From the IMG/VR virus record IMGVR_UViG_3300037067_017823, positions 25,145 to 89,144 of that record: a stretch of 64,000 bases of DNA. One strand, given 5' to 3'. Shown piece by piece: positions 49,599 through 59,475 of the stretch. A model generated the notes under the pieces. It was not told the origin of the DNA, searched no databases, and saw only the letters and a list, made by a program, of their open reading frames with translations. A program made the translations under genes and the position numbers. The stretch comes from a virus. Lineage: Duplodnaviria; Caudoviricetes. Within the stretch, counting starts at the first letter, position 1. Each line of letters opens with the position of its first letter.

Positions 49599-50602
49599 AA
49601 GAAAAAGTAGCGATATATACTGAAGCTCTTGGTCCAATTCAGAGTGGCGGAATACGATGCATAATTTATTTCCTAAACCTCCTTAAAGAACGCGGATATG
49701 ATGTTTGCGCTTTTGTCGACTATCCACCATTTGATTCAACATGGTTAAAGTCTGATTTTTCTGTTTATCCATCTTCTGAAGTAGAAAAGTATGATGGAAT
49801 ATTAATCAGTCCATATTCTCCTACAGCTAAGAGAGTTTCTCAGTGTATGAAGGCAAAACATAGAATACACTGGGTTCATACATTTGAGGGTGGATTTGAA
49901 CATAATGGAACAGCTTGGTTAAAACAAGCAATTGAATCATATAAACTGAGTAACATTAACTTTATTGCAACAAGTCATTATGTAAAGATTTTTCTTGAAC
50001 TCATATTCAAACAAAAAGTATTGCCAAAACTAGTTAGAGGCGGCGTCGATCTCAAAATATTTAAAGTCGATCCAGATATATACAGAGAAAAAATAAAAAG
50101 CGACAAAGTACGTTTTTGTATGCTTAACAGACCAGAACCATTAAGAGGAGTAAAAATAGGAGTCGAAGCCTTTGAGAGACTAAAGAAGGATTTTGGAGAC
50201 AAAGTTGAACTTTCTATGTTTTCAAATATTCCACAAGAAGAAATGCATAAAGCTTATGGAAGAGCTCATTTCTTTGTAGACCCATCGCTTCTTGCAGGTC
50301 TTCCTCTTCCCCCTCTCGAAGCTATGGCTTGCGAAACAGTTCCTCTTGTAACACACTTTGGAACAAACGATTACATAATAGATGGAAGTAATGGTTTTTT
50401 CATAAACCCAAATGACATCGAAAACACATACAGAGTTATGAAGTATGTAACCACTAAATATCTTGAAAGTAAAACAGAAACAGATAACATGTGGTATGAA
50501 TGTCGTGCTGTTCCTGGAAGAATAGCTGTAATGGAAGATTTTTCATGGAACAAAATGATTGACAACTTCGAAGAAAACTTATCTTATTTGGAGCTTAAAT
50601 GA
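49595..50602 (+). CDS. Glycosyltransferase, GT4 family
   Basis: SGGIR, GGVD, GLPLPPLEAMAC. Confidence 0.9.
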   Translation: MKEKVAIYTEALGPIQSGGIRCIIYFLNLLKERGYDVCAFVDYPPFDSTWLKSDFSVYPSSEVEKYDGILISPYSPTAKRVSQCMKAKHRIHWVHTFEGGFEHNGTAWLKQAIESYKLSNINFIATSHYVKIFLELIFKQKVLPKLVRGGVDLKIFKVDPDIYREKIKSDKVRFCMLNRPEPLRGVKIGVEAFERLKKDFGDKVELSMFSNIPQEEMHKAYGRAHFFVDPSLLAGLPLPPLEAMACETVPLVTHFGTNDYIIDGSNGFFINPNDIENTYRVMKYVTTKYLESKTETDNMWYECRAVPGRIAVMEDFSWNKMIDNFEENLSYLELK

Positions 50603-51036
50603 TACGTTCATGTGGAGCTGTCATCTTTAGAAAAAGTGGTAAAGATATAGAATATTTACTACTCAAAGCTTATGCAAATTGGGATTTTCCAAAGGGTGTT
50701 GTTGACTTCAATGATAAAAATTTTGTTGAAACAGCAAAGAGAGAAATAGAAGAAGAGACATCTTTAAAACATATTGCGTTCGTTATAAAGAATGGAAATA
50801 AACTTTTTACTGAAACAGAACCATATGGCAAACAAAAGAAAATAGCAAGATACTATTTGTGTTATGTTTCATATGAAGACTCGCTTGATGTAGAATTAAA
50901 AATAAATCCAGAACTTGGAAAGCCAGAACATGATAGATTCGCATGGCTATCGTATGAGAACGCTTATAAGTTATTTAATGAACGTCTAAGAAAAGTTATT
51001 AATTGGGCAGACAAAACGGTTATGGAGGCATTTTAA
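50599..51036 (+). CDS. Nudix hydrolase (Ap4A hydrolase-like)
   Basis: SCGAV, WDFPKG..ETAKREIEEET Nudix box, EHD..AW. Confidence 0.92.
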   Translation: MIRSCGAVIFRKSGKDIEYLLLKAYANWDFPKGVVDFNDKNFVETAKREIEEETSLKHIAFVIKNGNKLFTETEPYGKQKKIARYYLCYVSYEDSLDVELKINPELGKPEHDRFAWLSYENAYKLFNERLRKVINWADKTVMEAF

Positions 51037-51037
51037 A

Positions 51038-51145
51038 ATGTTCACCGCTTCGTTTCTAATTGGTCTAAGTGTTGGTCTCGCTCTTGGTTGGGCAATAAAA
51101 GGCGAAGATATTATTAGAAAAAATGAAAAGAGCAAAGCAAAATGA
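51038..51145 (+). CDS. 35 aa single-TM protein (not in ORF track)
   Basis: MFTASFLIGLSVGLALGWAIKGEDIIRKNEKSKAK; GGAGG SD; ATGA overlap with next gene. Confidence 0.7.
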   Translation: MFTASFLIGLSVGLALGWAIKGEDIIRKNEKSKAK

Positions 51146-51888
51146 ACGATAAAAACGAATGGGATGATTCAAAGTATATAGAAAACGGACAGATAACTTA
51201 TGTTGACCATAAACGATGGATTGAAGCACAGGAATTTGAAGAAAAGTGTTGGCAAGACGCATGGACTCTACAAGACGACTGGAACAATTGGTGGAAAAAT
51301 CAATTTGATGGTTATGAGATACTCGAAGAAAATTTGCCAGATGATATAAGAGCAATAGAAGTTGGTTGTGGTCCTTTCACAAATATGCGCCTTATTGAGT
51401 CAGTTCTTCAATATAAGAATGAACTTCGTCTCTATCTTTCAGACCCTCTTATTCTATCATATCTGAAACTTCCAACTTGTTGGGTAAAAGAGAATAGTTA
51501 TGCTTATTCTAAAAATCATTCTGAGAATAGAATCATTACTCTTGACGATAGTCGGCTAGAAAAACTAAAATTTGACAACGATGCATTCGATCTTCTTGTT
51601 TGCATTAATGTTCTAGATCACGTTGAGAATGTTGACAAATGCTTCAAAGAAATTTATAGAGTTCTAAAAAGCGGTGGATTATTTATTCTCGGTCAAGATC
51701 TCACAGACTGGGAAAAAAGAAAAGATCCAAGTCCAAAAGAAGATCAAGATCAGGGACACCCAATAAGAATTAATGAAGAATATTGCAATGAACAACTTCA
51801 GTCGTATGAACCATTGTTAAGTAAAATTGTTGAATCAAGAGCGCCACAAGCTCATTATGGATGTTTGTGTTTCATTGGAAAAAAATAA
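51142..51888 (+). CDS. Class I SAM-dependent methyltransferase
   Basis: IEVGCGP, FDLLVCINVLDHV, LKSGG. Confidence 0.9.
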   Translation: MNDKNEWDDSKYIENGQITYVDHKRWIEAQEFEEKCWQDAWTLQDDWNNWWKNQFDGYEILEENLPDDIRAIEVGCGPFTNMRLIESVLQYKNELRLYLSDPLILSYLKLPTCWVKENSYAYSKNHSENRIITLDDSRLEKLKFDNDAFDLLVCINVLDHVENVDKCFKEIYRVLKSGGLFILGQDLTDWEKRKDPSPKEDQDQGHPIRINEEYCNEQLQSYEPLLSKIVESRAPQAHYGCLCFIGKK

Positions 51889-51889
51889 A

Positions 51890-52144
51890 ATGTTGTTCTT
51901 GTGGCTGAAACAAAGAAAAAGTGAATTTACAATTGGATTATTAGAAGCTGAAAATGAACAACATGCAAAAGAAATTGTAGCTACAAGCGAAATTAATTGT
52001 CCAAGAGAGATATTCGAAAAACAGAATATGCTCGATCGATATTTAGGGTTATTACTCAATTATTGTAATAGAGTTCAAGTTTGTGCCGTAAATGATCTTA
52101 ACGGAATAACCATAGAAAAGTGCGAAGAAGATGAAGACTACTAA
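51890..52144 (+). CDS. Hypothetical protein (start revised to 51890)
   Basis: ATG immediately after the methyltransferase stop. Confidence 0.6.
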   Translation: MLFLWLKQRKSEFTIGLLEAENEQHAKEIVATSEINCPREIFEKQNMLDRYLGLLLNYCNRVQVCAVNDLNGITIEKCEEDEDY

Positions 52145-52583
52145 CAAAAATAAAAAGCAAAAAATCGATCCAGAAGAACTGTTCTGCCATAAGAATATTT
52201 GCTTCACTCTTATGGACATTGTTGATAAGCGAAGTATTCGACAAGACACTAAACTAAAAAAGAGATCTGAAGAATTTAAAAAACAGAGAATAACACGCGG
52301 CTTCGATGATTCAGAAACTTGGTGGCTTGATCAAGTGATCGTATCATTTGTTCTTCCAAGACTCAAGAGATTCAAAGAAATTAGTTGCGCAATTCCATGT
52401 AATGTTGCACATAGCGTAGAGTCAATGACAGAAGAATTGTGGAACAAGATTCTTGATCAAATAATTGAAGCTTTTGAATTAATTAAGAAAGATGAATGGA
52501 GTGGAGAAATTGAAGAAAAATTCAATAAAATTGATAGAGGGCTTCATTTGTTCGCTGATTATTTTATGCAACTAAATTGGTAA
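52131..52583 (+). CDS. Conserved phage hypothetical protein
   Basis: GFDDSETWWLD..LPRLKRFK..GLHLFADYF..LNW pattern familiar from myoviruses. Confidence 0.7.
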   Translation: MKTTNKNKKQKIDPEELFCHKNICFTLMDIVDKRSIRQDTKLKKRSEEFKKQRITRGFDDSETWWLDQVIVSFVLPRLKRFKEISCAIPCNVAHSVESMTEELWNKILDQIIEAFELIKKDEWSGEIEEKFNKIDRGLHLFADYFMQLNW

Positions 52584-52601
52584 AAGGGGAGGGAGAAATA
52601 A

Positions 52602-53060
52602 ATGGACGGACAACTTTTAACAAAAGAACAGATAAATGAATTTTTGACTCTATTAATTAATGCAACAAACGAGGATAGAGTTGAATGGATTGAAACAAAT
52701 AGAGGATATGAGTGTATTATTGGAGAGCATTTTCAGTTAATAGAAATAAGTAAAACTATACAAATTCAAGAGAGTTTCTTTTCATATAAAGAAGCTTCAA
52801 CAACAATAGCTCTAACAACAAAAAATATTGAATTAAAAGTTGTTGAATACAATAAATCGAAAAAAAATAAGCAGCAAAAAGTAAATAACAAGATTATTGA
52901 AAATGCATTCGATGCTCAATTGCTCATAAGTCTTCTTAATATCATTAATGAAAAACACAAAATCAAAGTTGTAGATAGTTTTGAAAAAATGTGCTCATCA
53001 CTTAAAGGTAACAATCTTAAAACAGTTGCCCAACCAATTAATCACAATGGTGATTTGTGA
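52602..53060 (+). CDS. Hypothetical protein
   Basis: 152 aa ORF with GGGAGGGAG SD. Confidence 0.7.
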   Translation: MDGQLLTKEQINEFLTLLINATNEDRVEWIETNRGYECIIGEHFQLIEISKTIQIQESFFSYKEASTTIALTTKNIELKVVEYNKSKKNKQQKVNNKIIENAFDAQLLISLLNIINEKHKIKVVDSFEKMCSSLKGNNLKTVAQPINHNGDL

Positions 53061-53082
53061 ATCATAGATAGGACGGTGTATT

Positions 53083-53925
53083 ATCAAGATATTAGTTGTC
53101 GATAGAAAACTTCAACACAAAGGTTGGCAAGAAAAAGAGGGAGAACAGCTTTATCAAGCATTCAAAACTCTTGGTCATGACGTTATTATTGCTGGTAAGG
53201 GTTATGAAAATGACGAAACAAAAATTTTTGATTTATCGAAGGATCGAGACTTTTGTATAATAACTGAAAATTATTGGAGCGATTGGTCTTGGTGGAATTG
53301 GAACTCAATTGATATTCCGAAATATATTTGGGCGATTGATTATCACACACACTTATTCGGTCACCATGTTGTAAACTTCGTTCAAAATACTGATATTGCT
53401 GGTGTGTTTGTTATCGACTCTGAACTCGTAGAATACATGGAATATACTACTGGAAAAAAGCATCACTATTTACCATATGCAGCATCACCAATCAATAAAG
53501 AAATTGAATGCGAAAAAGATATCGGCGTTTCGTTTATTGGAAGTAAGTATAAAGAAAGAGAAGAACTATTTCCGAAGCAGACTCAGTGGATAAGTGATGT
53601 GTTCGGTGATGATTATTACAAGATGATTTCAAGGAGTAAGATAAATCTCAATTGGTCACTCACTAATGGAATAAATGGAAAAGTATTCGAAATTATAGGG
53701 TGCAAAGGTTTTCTTCTCACGAATAGAACAAAAGATACAACAGATCTTCTCAATAATCATGTCGTTACATACAGCTCTAAGGATGATCTCGAAAATAAAG
53801 TTAAGTTCTATCTTTCAAATGAAACAGAAAGAAATAGACAACGAATCGCCTTATGGTCTTATGTGAAAGCAAATCATATGTATGTCAATAGAGCAGAAGA
53901 AATAATAAAGGTGGTAACAACGTGA
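53083..53925 (+). CDS. CgeB-like glycosyltransferase (Glyco_trans_1_2 type), probable non-ATG start
   Basis: Frame open from 53068; ATC AAG ATA TTA GTT GTC GAT gives (M)KILVVD; C-terminal SKINLN..KVFEI.GC.GFLLT..Y..DDL; ORF track start 53404 drops about 107 codons. Confidence 0.75.
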   Translation: MKILVVDRKLQHKGWQEKEGEQLYQAFKTLGHDVIIAGKGYENDETKIFDLSKDRDFCIITENYWSDWSWWNWNSIDIPKYIWAIDYHTHLFGHHVVNFVQNTDIAGVFVIDSELVEYMEYTTGKKHHYLPYAASPINKEIECEKDIGVSFIGSKYKEREELFPKQTQWISDVFGDDYYKMISRSKINLNWSLTNGINGKVFEIIGCKGFLLTNRTKDTTDLLNNHVVTYSSKDDLENKVKFYLSNETERNRQRIALWSYVKANHMYVNRAEEIIKVVTT

Positions 53926-54311
53926 TAAAAAACATTGATGATGAACTTTTACTTATTGAACAAGAAATCAAGAGGCTAAAAGTTAATAATATTGATATAG
54001 ATGAACGTATATTTGTCGAATGTGTGTTATCAAACGTTTTCTTTAAGTCTCTACAAGAGTCATATGATAGAATTCTACAAGAAATTACAGATCTTCAACA
54101 AAGAAACAGTGAGTCATCGACACCAGAATATCAATTAGTATCACATAGATGCATTATATTGTTAACAAAGTTAATGGGTGCTTTTGAAGAACTTCAATTG
54201 GGAATAAAAATAGATTTGAAAAACAAAATTGAACCAAAACCATGGAATAGCGAAGAAAAAATATTAAGAACCGTAGAACTAGCAGAAGAGTTCGAAAAGA
54301 CAATGTTTTAG
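53922..54311 (+). CDS. Hypothetical helical protein
   Basis: ORF track; GTGA overlap. Confidence 0.65.
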   Translation: MIKNIDDELLLIEQEIKRLKVNNIDIDERIFVECVLSNVFFKSLQESYDRILQEITDLQQRNSESSTPEYQLVSHRCIILLTKLMGAFEELQLGIKIDLKNKIEPKPWNSEEKILRTVELAEEFEKTMF

Positions 54312-54326
54312 TGGGTCAAAAATGAA

Positions 54327-54548
54327 ATGACTAATAAAAGACCTAAGAAATATAAGCTGCCAAGACCAATGACATTTGTTAAACCTCTTGAAGGAAATGA
54401 GTATTGGGGTCTCGATAAACCATTTCAAATTCTCTATATTGGAGAAATCAAAAATATGCCCGGCCATGGGCTGTTTTTAGTTGATAAGCAGTTTGAAATT
54501 GGTCTTCATATCGATTCATTCGTTGAGCTAACAGAAGATGAAACATAA
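54327..54548 (+). CDS. Small hypothetical protein
   Basis: ORF track; ILYIGEIKNMPGHG motif. Confidence 0.65.
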   Translation: MTNKRPKKYKLPRPMTFVKPLEGNEYWGLDKPFQILYIGEIKNMPGHGLFLVDKQFEIGLHIDSFVELTEDET

Positions 54549-55167
54549 ATATTTTGATTGTGAATGTCATGCAATTGAGCATGTAATGTCCTTTGGTACA
54601 TTCGATGACGAGTCTGTAATATATTGTGACTTGATACTTTCGGACCGGAGATTTAGTGGAAGACTCGGTAGGTTCTTTAAGTTCTTACTGAAGAAACCAA
54701 GCAAGTATGATTTTCATAGCGGAATATCTTTTTTCACACAAATTGGTGAATATAATCACCAAAAAGAACTGATTGATGAACTAAATAAAATAATTGAGTC
54801 GAAGTTCAAAACACCAGATTGGTGTGAATGTGAAATATCAAAGAGCGAAGGAATAGATTTCATAACTGTTATTCAGTATCAAAAAGAACGAAAAGAAGAA
54901 CAAGAATACAAGTCAATTTCTATAAATTATCCTGGTGACTTGCTAACTCTTACATTTGAGGTAGATTTACCTAAAGGAAAACAATACTGGCCAATTGAAA
55001 CGACAACTTATGTGACTCTCAATAGAAATGTTTCATTTTTCAAAAGATTATTGAGAGGCATAAGATACTTATTCACAACACACTATGGAATATCACATGA
55101 GTTTATTATTCCAAAAGAAGCCGCAAAAGAAATAAAAGAAACAATTGAGATTAAGGAAGATGATTAA
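54538..55167 (+). CDS. Hypothetical protein with two internally similar halves
   Basis: F..RLGRFFKFL and FFKRLLRGIRYLF segments. Confidence 0.65.
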   Translation: MKHKYFDCECHAIEHVMSFGTFDDESVIYCDLILSDRRFSGRLGRFFKFLLKKPSKYDFHSGISFFTQIGEYNHQKELIDELNKIIESKFKTPDWCECEISKSEGIDFITVIQYQKERKEEQEYKSISINYPGDLLTLTFEVDLPKGKQYWPIETTTYVTLNRNVSFFKRLLRGIRYLFTTHYGISHEFIIPKEAAKEIKETIEIKEDD

Positions 55168-55435
55168 GACAAAAACAATAAAAGCTGAAGAAGAACATGA
55201 AGAACTCGTAGATGTCATTTGCAACATGTGTGGACATAGTTGCGTAACATGGAAAGATGATGATAAAATTCTCGGCATCGATGGTCTCATTAAAGGGTAT
55301 GTTGAAGGTGGTTTCGGCTCTAAAGTAATAGGAGATACTGTTTCTTATTCATTTGATCTTTGTGAGATGTGCACAATGGAACTTATTAATAAATTCAAAA
55401 TTCCAGCGAAGAGGAATGAAGGATTGACAGAGTGA
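55160..55435 (+). CDS. Zinc-ribbon hypothetical protein
   Basis: CNMCG..C and FDLCEMC; AAGGAAG SD before ATG 55160. Confidence 0.7.
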   Translation: MIKTKTIKAEEEHEELVDVICNMCGHSCVTWKDDDKILGIDGLIKGYVEGGFGSKVIGDTVSYSFDLCEMCTMELINKFKIPAKRNEGLTE

Positions 55436-55602
55436 TAAGTCCGAAAGAGAAAGATAAAAGTCTTATTCCTCATGGGCCATATTGCTACGAATGGATAAAT
55501 GGAAAGCAAGTTGCCTGTCCATTTTGGAGCCGTAATAACGAAAAAGATTATCAAGAAAGTGGATATTGTCATTTTAAAGAAAATAATATCGACTATAAAT
55601 AA
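55432..55602 (+). CDS. 56 aa Cys-containing hypothetical protein (not in ORF track)
   Basis: MISPKEKDKSLIPHGPYCYEWINGKQVACPFWSRNNEKDYQESGYCHFKENNIDYK; GTGA overlap. Confidence 0.65.
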   Translation: MISPKEKDKSLIPHGPYCYEWINGKQVACPFWSRNNEKDYQESGYCHFKENNIDYK

Positions 55603-55624
55603 GTTTTGAGTGTGAGGTAACAAC

Positions 55625-56248
55625 ATGAAAAAAGCAATAACACCAAAAGATGCAATCAAAGAGAGTAATAAAGATAAGAAGTGGCTGAAAACAATTAAAG
55701 TTAAAAAAGTCTCAAAAAAGAAAGCATCAAAAAAACCAAACAAGTGGTTTGCAAAAAAATCAACATGGACCCAGTTTTGGGACATGCATTCTGGTGGACC
55801 TCTTAAAGAAAAATGGCACTTTATTTATATTGAAGCACCAATAGAAGAAGCGAAAATTATCTTTTATAACCGCTTTGGTCATAACCCAGATAGAGTAACT
55901 TGTACTTGCTGTGGTGAGGATTATTCAATTAGTGAATCAAAATGGTTCACTCAAATAAGTGGTTTTCATAGAGGTTGTAAAAATATTCAAACACCAAGAG
56001 ATGAAAAAGGTTTATATGTGAAAGTCGATAACGATGAGTTCAATAAGCATTATTATCTTGAAGAAGGAGAAGGCCCACCAAAAGGTTATGAAATTGAAAA
56101 AAATTCTTATGGTTCGACTTTAAAAAAATATATTACTTGTGATGATTATATTAAACAAGAAGATGTTTTAGTGATATTTAAAAAAGACATCAAAGATTCT
56201 GATCGTTTAGGTTCTGTTCCAGAACAGGGATACGTGTGGGTAGACTAA
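55625..56248 (+). CDS. Conserved phage hypothetical protein with CTCC zinc motif
   Basis: FWDMHSGG..IYIEAP..RFGHNP..TCTCCGEDY; GAGG SD. Confidence 0.75.
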   Translation: MKKAITPKDAIKESNKDKKWLKTIKVKKVSKKKASKKPNKWFAKKSTWTQFWDMHSGGPLKEKWHFIYIEAPIEEAKIIFYNRFGHNPDRVTCTCCGEDYSISESKWFTQISGFHRGCKNIQTPRDEKGLYVKVDNDEFNKHYYLEEGEGPPKGYEIEKNSYGSTLKKYITCDDYIKQEDVLVIFKKDIKDSDRLGSVPEQGYVWVD

Positions 56249-56249
56249 T

Positions 56250-56798
56250 ATGTTCATCAAAGAAGAAATTGAAAGAATCATTGAATCAGTTGAATTCCCA
56301 TCCACCCGTTCCCGAGATGTTGCTGACGATTTAAAAAAACTTATTGAACAACTTGAAGAAGAATCATCATTCATTGCTGTATATAAAGAGAAAGATGATT
56401 TTGGTGTCTATAAAACAGAAACTGATTGGGCTTGGAGTCCTGGAAATAATGACGATGTTATGTCATTTAGTGCAGTTTTAGAAACAGCAAGAAATAAACT
56501 TGTTAATGATTACATATCAGAAGTAAGATATCAAGAACATATAAAAAATTGTAAAAATTTGCACCACGACGAACGAGAACAACAAGTTTGCGACGTGAAG
56601 TTGTTCGTTGCCTATCAACCTGTAATTGTTGATGATAAAATAAAAGAAGAAGCGAAACGACTCTATGAAATCTCGATTGATGAAAAGAAGAGGAAAGAGC
56701 TCGAAGAACGTGAGCAACAAGAGGCACAGAAAAAGCATTGGATTAATAAACTTCGAACAGAAGGATATACTATCACGCCACCAGTTGTCCAAAAATGA
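56250..56798 (+). CDS. Hypothetical protein
   Basis: ORF track; tight packing. Confidence 0.65.
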   Translation: MFIKEEIERIIESVEFPSTRSRDVADDLKKLIEQLEEESSFIAVYKEKDDFGVYKTETDWAWSPGNNDDVMSFSAVLETARNKLVNDYISEVRYQEHIKNCKNLHHDEREQQVCDVKLFVAYQPVIVDDKIKEEAKRLYEISIDEKKRKELEEREQQEAQKKHWINKLRTEGYTITPPVVQK

Positions 56799-57226
56799 AG
56801 TATAAGATTTTAACAGAGCGCGATAAAGAGATTAGAGAGATTTTTAAGAAGCTAGTGCACCTCGCATATAAAAAATCAAAAAAGTTTTCATTAGCAGAAT
56901 CTTGCATAAGAGATAGAAGATATAAACCAGACACAAGTGGAATTCCTGGCGAACTACTCAAAGAACTTACAGATGAAGAAAGAGAACTTCTAAAGACATT
57001 CACTGTAGAAGACATTCCTGAAGATATTGTGACGTCAGAATATTATGTGAAAGGTTGGTATGATTCCAAAGAAGAAGAACTAAAGTGGGAACGCGATAAC
57101 AAAATCTGCCAAACATGTCATAAAGAACAAGGCATTGAAAGAACTAATAATGGACTAAAATTGGGAATTCATTGTGAAAAATGTTGGATGGATCTTATAA
57201 TTGACGCAAGAAAAAGGAGCTGGTAG
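56795..57226 (+). CDS. Hypothetical protein with C-terminal CxxC..HCxxC
   Basis: ORF track; ATGA overlap. Confidence 0.65.
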   Translation: MKYKILTERDKEIREIFKKLVHLAYKKSKKFSLAESCIRDRRYKPDTSGIPGELLKELTDEERELLKTFTVEDIPEDIVTSEYYVKGWYDSKEEELKWERDNKICQTCHKEQGIERTNNGLKLGIHCEKCWMDLIIDARKRSW

Positions 57227-57227
57227 C

Positions 57228-57497
57228 ATGTCAATACAAAGATTAATCGTTCTAGTCTTGTTGTTTCTTGGTATGGCTTGTACACAACAAATGTGTGCTT
57301 TTAGTTGTGGAGGTGACGCTACCATTGGCGACTTCCCGTGTGGCAAAAAGATCGTCAATGTGACGTGGAAGAAAGACAATTTGTGGATTCTAACCAGACC
57401 GCTTCGAGCGGATGATATACTAGAAACATATACTTTTTCTGAATCTAGCTCATGGGATGTAATGGAAGGGACAGTCACGATCAAAGAATGTAGATAG
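57228..57497 (+). CDS. Small secreted/lipoprotein-like phage protein (start revised to 57228)
   Basis: AGGAG SD; hydrophobic leader ending GMAC; KIVNVTWK.DNLWILTRP. Confidence 0.65.
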   Translation: MSIQRLIVLVLLFLGMACTQQMCAFSCGGDATIGDFPCGKKIVNVTWKKDNLWILTRPLRADDILETYTFSESSSWDVMEGTVTIKECR

Positions 57498-57509
57498 TGG
57501 AGATATTAT

Positions 57510-58367
57510 ATGACAGAACCAACCTTAGACTTCATAACGATCGTTCTCAACGGAGAACCCTTCATTTCACATTGTATCTCTCAGTATTACAAATATGCTC
57601 ATAAAATTTTCCTCATAGAAGGTGCCGACAATAGAACTCGCGATCATGTTTCGAAAGAGTTTTTCACTGAAGACGGTCATTCTACTGACAACACAAGAGA
57701 GATCATTCATTCGTTTCCAGATCCGGATAAGAAAATCACGATAATTGAGAAAGATGGATTCTGGGCTGGCGGCAAAGACGAGATGTTCTCAAAAACGAAT
57801 GATCTCATTTCTTCTCCCTGGGTATTTGAAGTAGATTGTGACGAGTTCTATAAAGATGAAGATATGGTGAAGATCTTTGATATCATAAATGAATATCCCC
57901 AAATAACAGGTTTTTGTTTTCCATGGCGAAACTTCTGGCACAATCTTCACACGATTTACGGATGGGAGAATAAAGGAACATTCAAATGTGATTGGGGAGA
58001 AGCAGGTTGGCGATTGTTGAAATGGGAACTCGGAGTATCGAAGTGGACAACTCATCGCCCGCCAACTGTTTCTCTCTCAAATGGAAATTCACAAACACTC
58101 GCCTGGGGACCAGCCCATCTTCTTCCGAGAGACATTTTTACTTATCATTACAGTGATCTCCTCCCAAAACAAAACCTTATAAAGAGTCAATACTATGAAA
58201 TTCCTCAATGGTATGAGAATATTTTCATGAAATGGCTAACACACAAAGAAGAAGTTGAGGCTTATGGAATATATCCTCTCGGTGGCTCTGGAAGAACTAT
58301 GGAATATCGTGGAACACACCCGTCAGAAATTTATTCTCTTGCGAAAAAATTAGGAATGGAAATTTGA
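57510..58367 (+). CDS. Glycosyltransferase, GT-A/GT2-like
   Basis: TIVLNGE, STDNT, WVFEVDCDEFY (DxD). Confidence 0.85.
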   Translation: MTEPTLDFITIVLNGEPFISHCISQYYKYAHKIFLIEGADNRTRDHVSKEFFTEDGHSTDNTREIIHSFPDPDKKITIIEKDGFWAGGKDEMFSKTNDLISSPWVFEVDCDEFYKDEDMVKIFDIINEYPQITGFCFPWRNFWHNLHTIYGWENKGTFKCDWGEAGWRLLKWELGVSKWTTHRPPTVSLSNGNSQTLAWGPAHLLPRDIFTYHYSDLLPKQNLIKSQYYEIPQWYENIFMKWLTHKEEVEAYGIYPLGGSGRTMEYRGTHPSEIYSLAKKLGMEI

Positions 58368-58396
58368 ATATTCTCTATTATTGAAAAGAAAGAAAA

Positions 58397-58594
58397 ATGG
58401 CTCAAACTTTTGATATTGAAAATCATATAGTTCGTTATATTGGTGAAGGGTACCCGGGGTACCCGACTTCGAAGCGAACATTTAGATGTATTCGTTGTCA
58501 CTTAGAATTTAAAGTTGAAATTAATTTTTTGAAACCAGATTATAAAGAACTAGTTGACTTTTTCAAAAAGAATATATGTGTTGAAGGAGTCTAA
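58397..58594 (+). CDS. Small hypothetical protein
   Basis: ORF track; CIRC motif. Confidence 0.55.
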   Translation: MAQTFDIENHIVRYIGEGYPGYPTSKRTFRCIRCHLEFKVEINFLKPDYKELVDFFKKNICVEGV

Positions 58595-58596
58595 AA

Positions 58597-59475
58597 GTGG
58601 GCTATCAACACATTGAGAATGTTTACAAAAATCAAACGATATTTCTCTTTAAAGAATGCTATGCCTTAGAAAAGATTCATGGAACATCTGCGCATATAAA
58701 ATGGTCACAAAAAGATCAAAAACTCATTTTCTTTTCTGGTGGTGAAGATTACTATAAGTTCATCTCACTTTTCAATCAAAAAGAACTAGAAGAGAAGTTC
58801 ATTAAGAGAGCTGAAGAACGTAATAGTCAAAACAGCATAACAGTATTTGGAGAAGCATATGGTGGAAGACAACAGGGAATGTCGCATACATATGGACCAA
58901 ATACGAAATTCATTGGTTTCGATGTGAAGATTGGCAATATCTGGCTTGATGTTCCAAGAGCTGAAAAGTTTTGTAATGCTTTTGGTATCGAGTTTGTCCA
59001 TTACGTTCGAATTCCGGCAACTGTCGAGGAAATTGATAAACAGCGAGACGCATTTTCTGTTCAAGCAGTTCGAAATGGAATGGGTGACGGTCACTTAAGA
59101 GAGGGAGTTGTTTTGAGGCCAATCGTTGAATTTGTTCATCAGGGAGAAAATGGTGGACGAATAATTGCGAAACATAAGAGTGATAAATTCAAAGAAACAA
59201 CGACAACAAGAAAAATTGTTGATCCAGAACAATGGAAGATACTTGAAAAAGCAAATGAAATCGCTGATGAATGGTGTACACATAATCGACTAACTCACGT
59301 TCTAGATAAGATTCAAGAGCACTCAATGGAGAAAATGAGAATAATAATTGACGCAATGATCGAAGATATTATGAGAGAAGCGAGTGGAGAAATCGTTGTT
59401 GGTAGTAAAGATGTATTTAAAGCAATCGCAAAAAAGACGGTTTCGCTTTATAAGGAGTTTCTAAAAAATGCGTAA
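58597..59475 (+). CDS. RNA ligase, Rnl2 family
   Basis: EKIHG motif I, GEAYG, FDV, EGVVLRP motif IV, AKHK motif V. Confidence 0.88.
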   Translation: MGYQHIENVYKNQTIFLFKECYALEKIHGTSAHIKWSQKDQKLIFFSGGEDYYKFISLFNQKELEEKFIKRAEERNSQNSITVFGEAYGGRQQGMSHTYGPNTKFIGFDVKIGNIWLDVPRAEKFCNAFGIEFVHYVRIPATVEEIDKQRDAFSVQAVRNGMGDGHLREGVVLRPIVEFVHQGENGGRIIAKHKSDKFKETTTTRKIVDPEQWKILEKANEIADEWCTHNRLTHVLDKIQEHSMEKMRIIIDAMIEDIMREASGEIVVGSKDVFKAIAKKTVSLYKEFLKNA

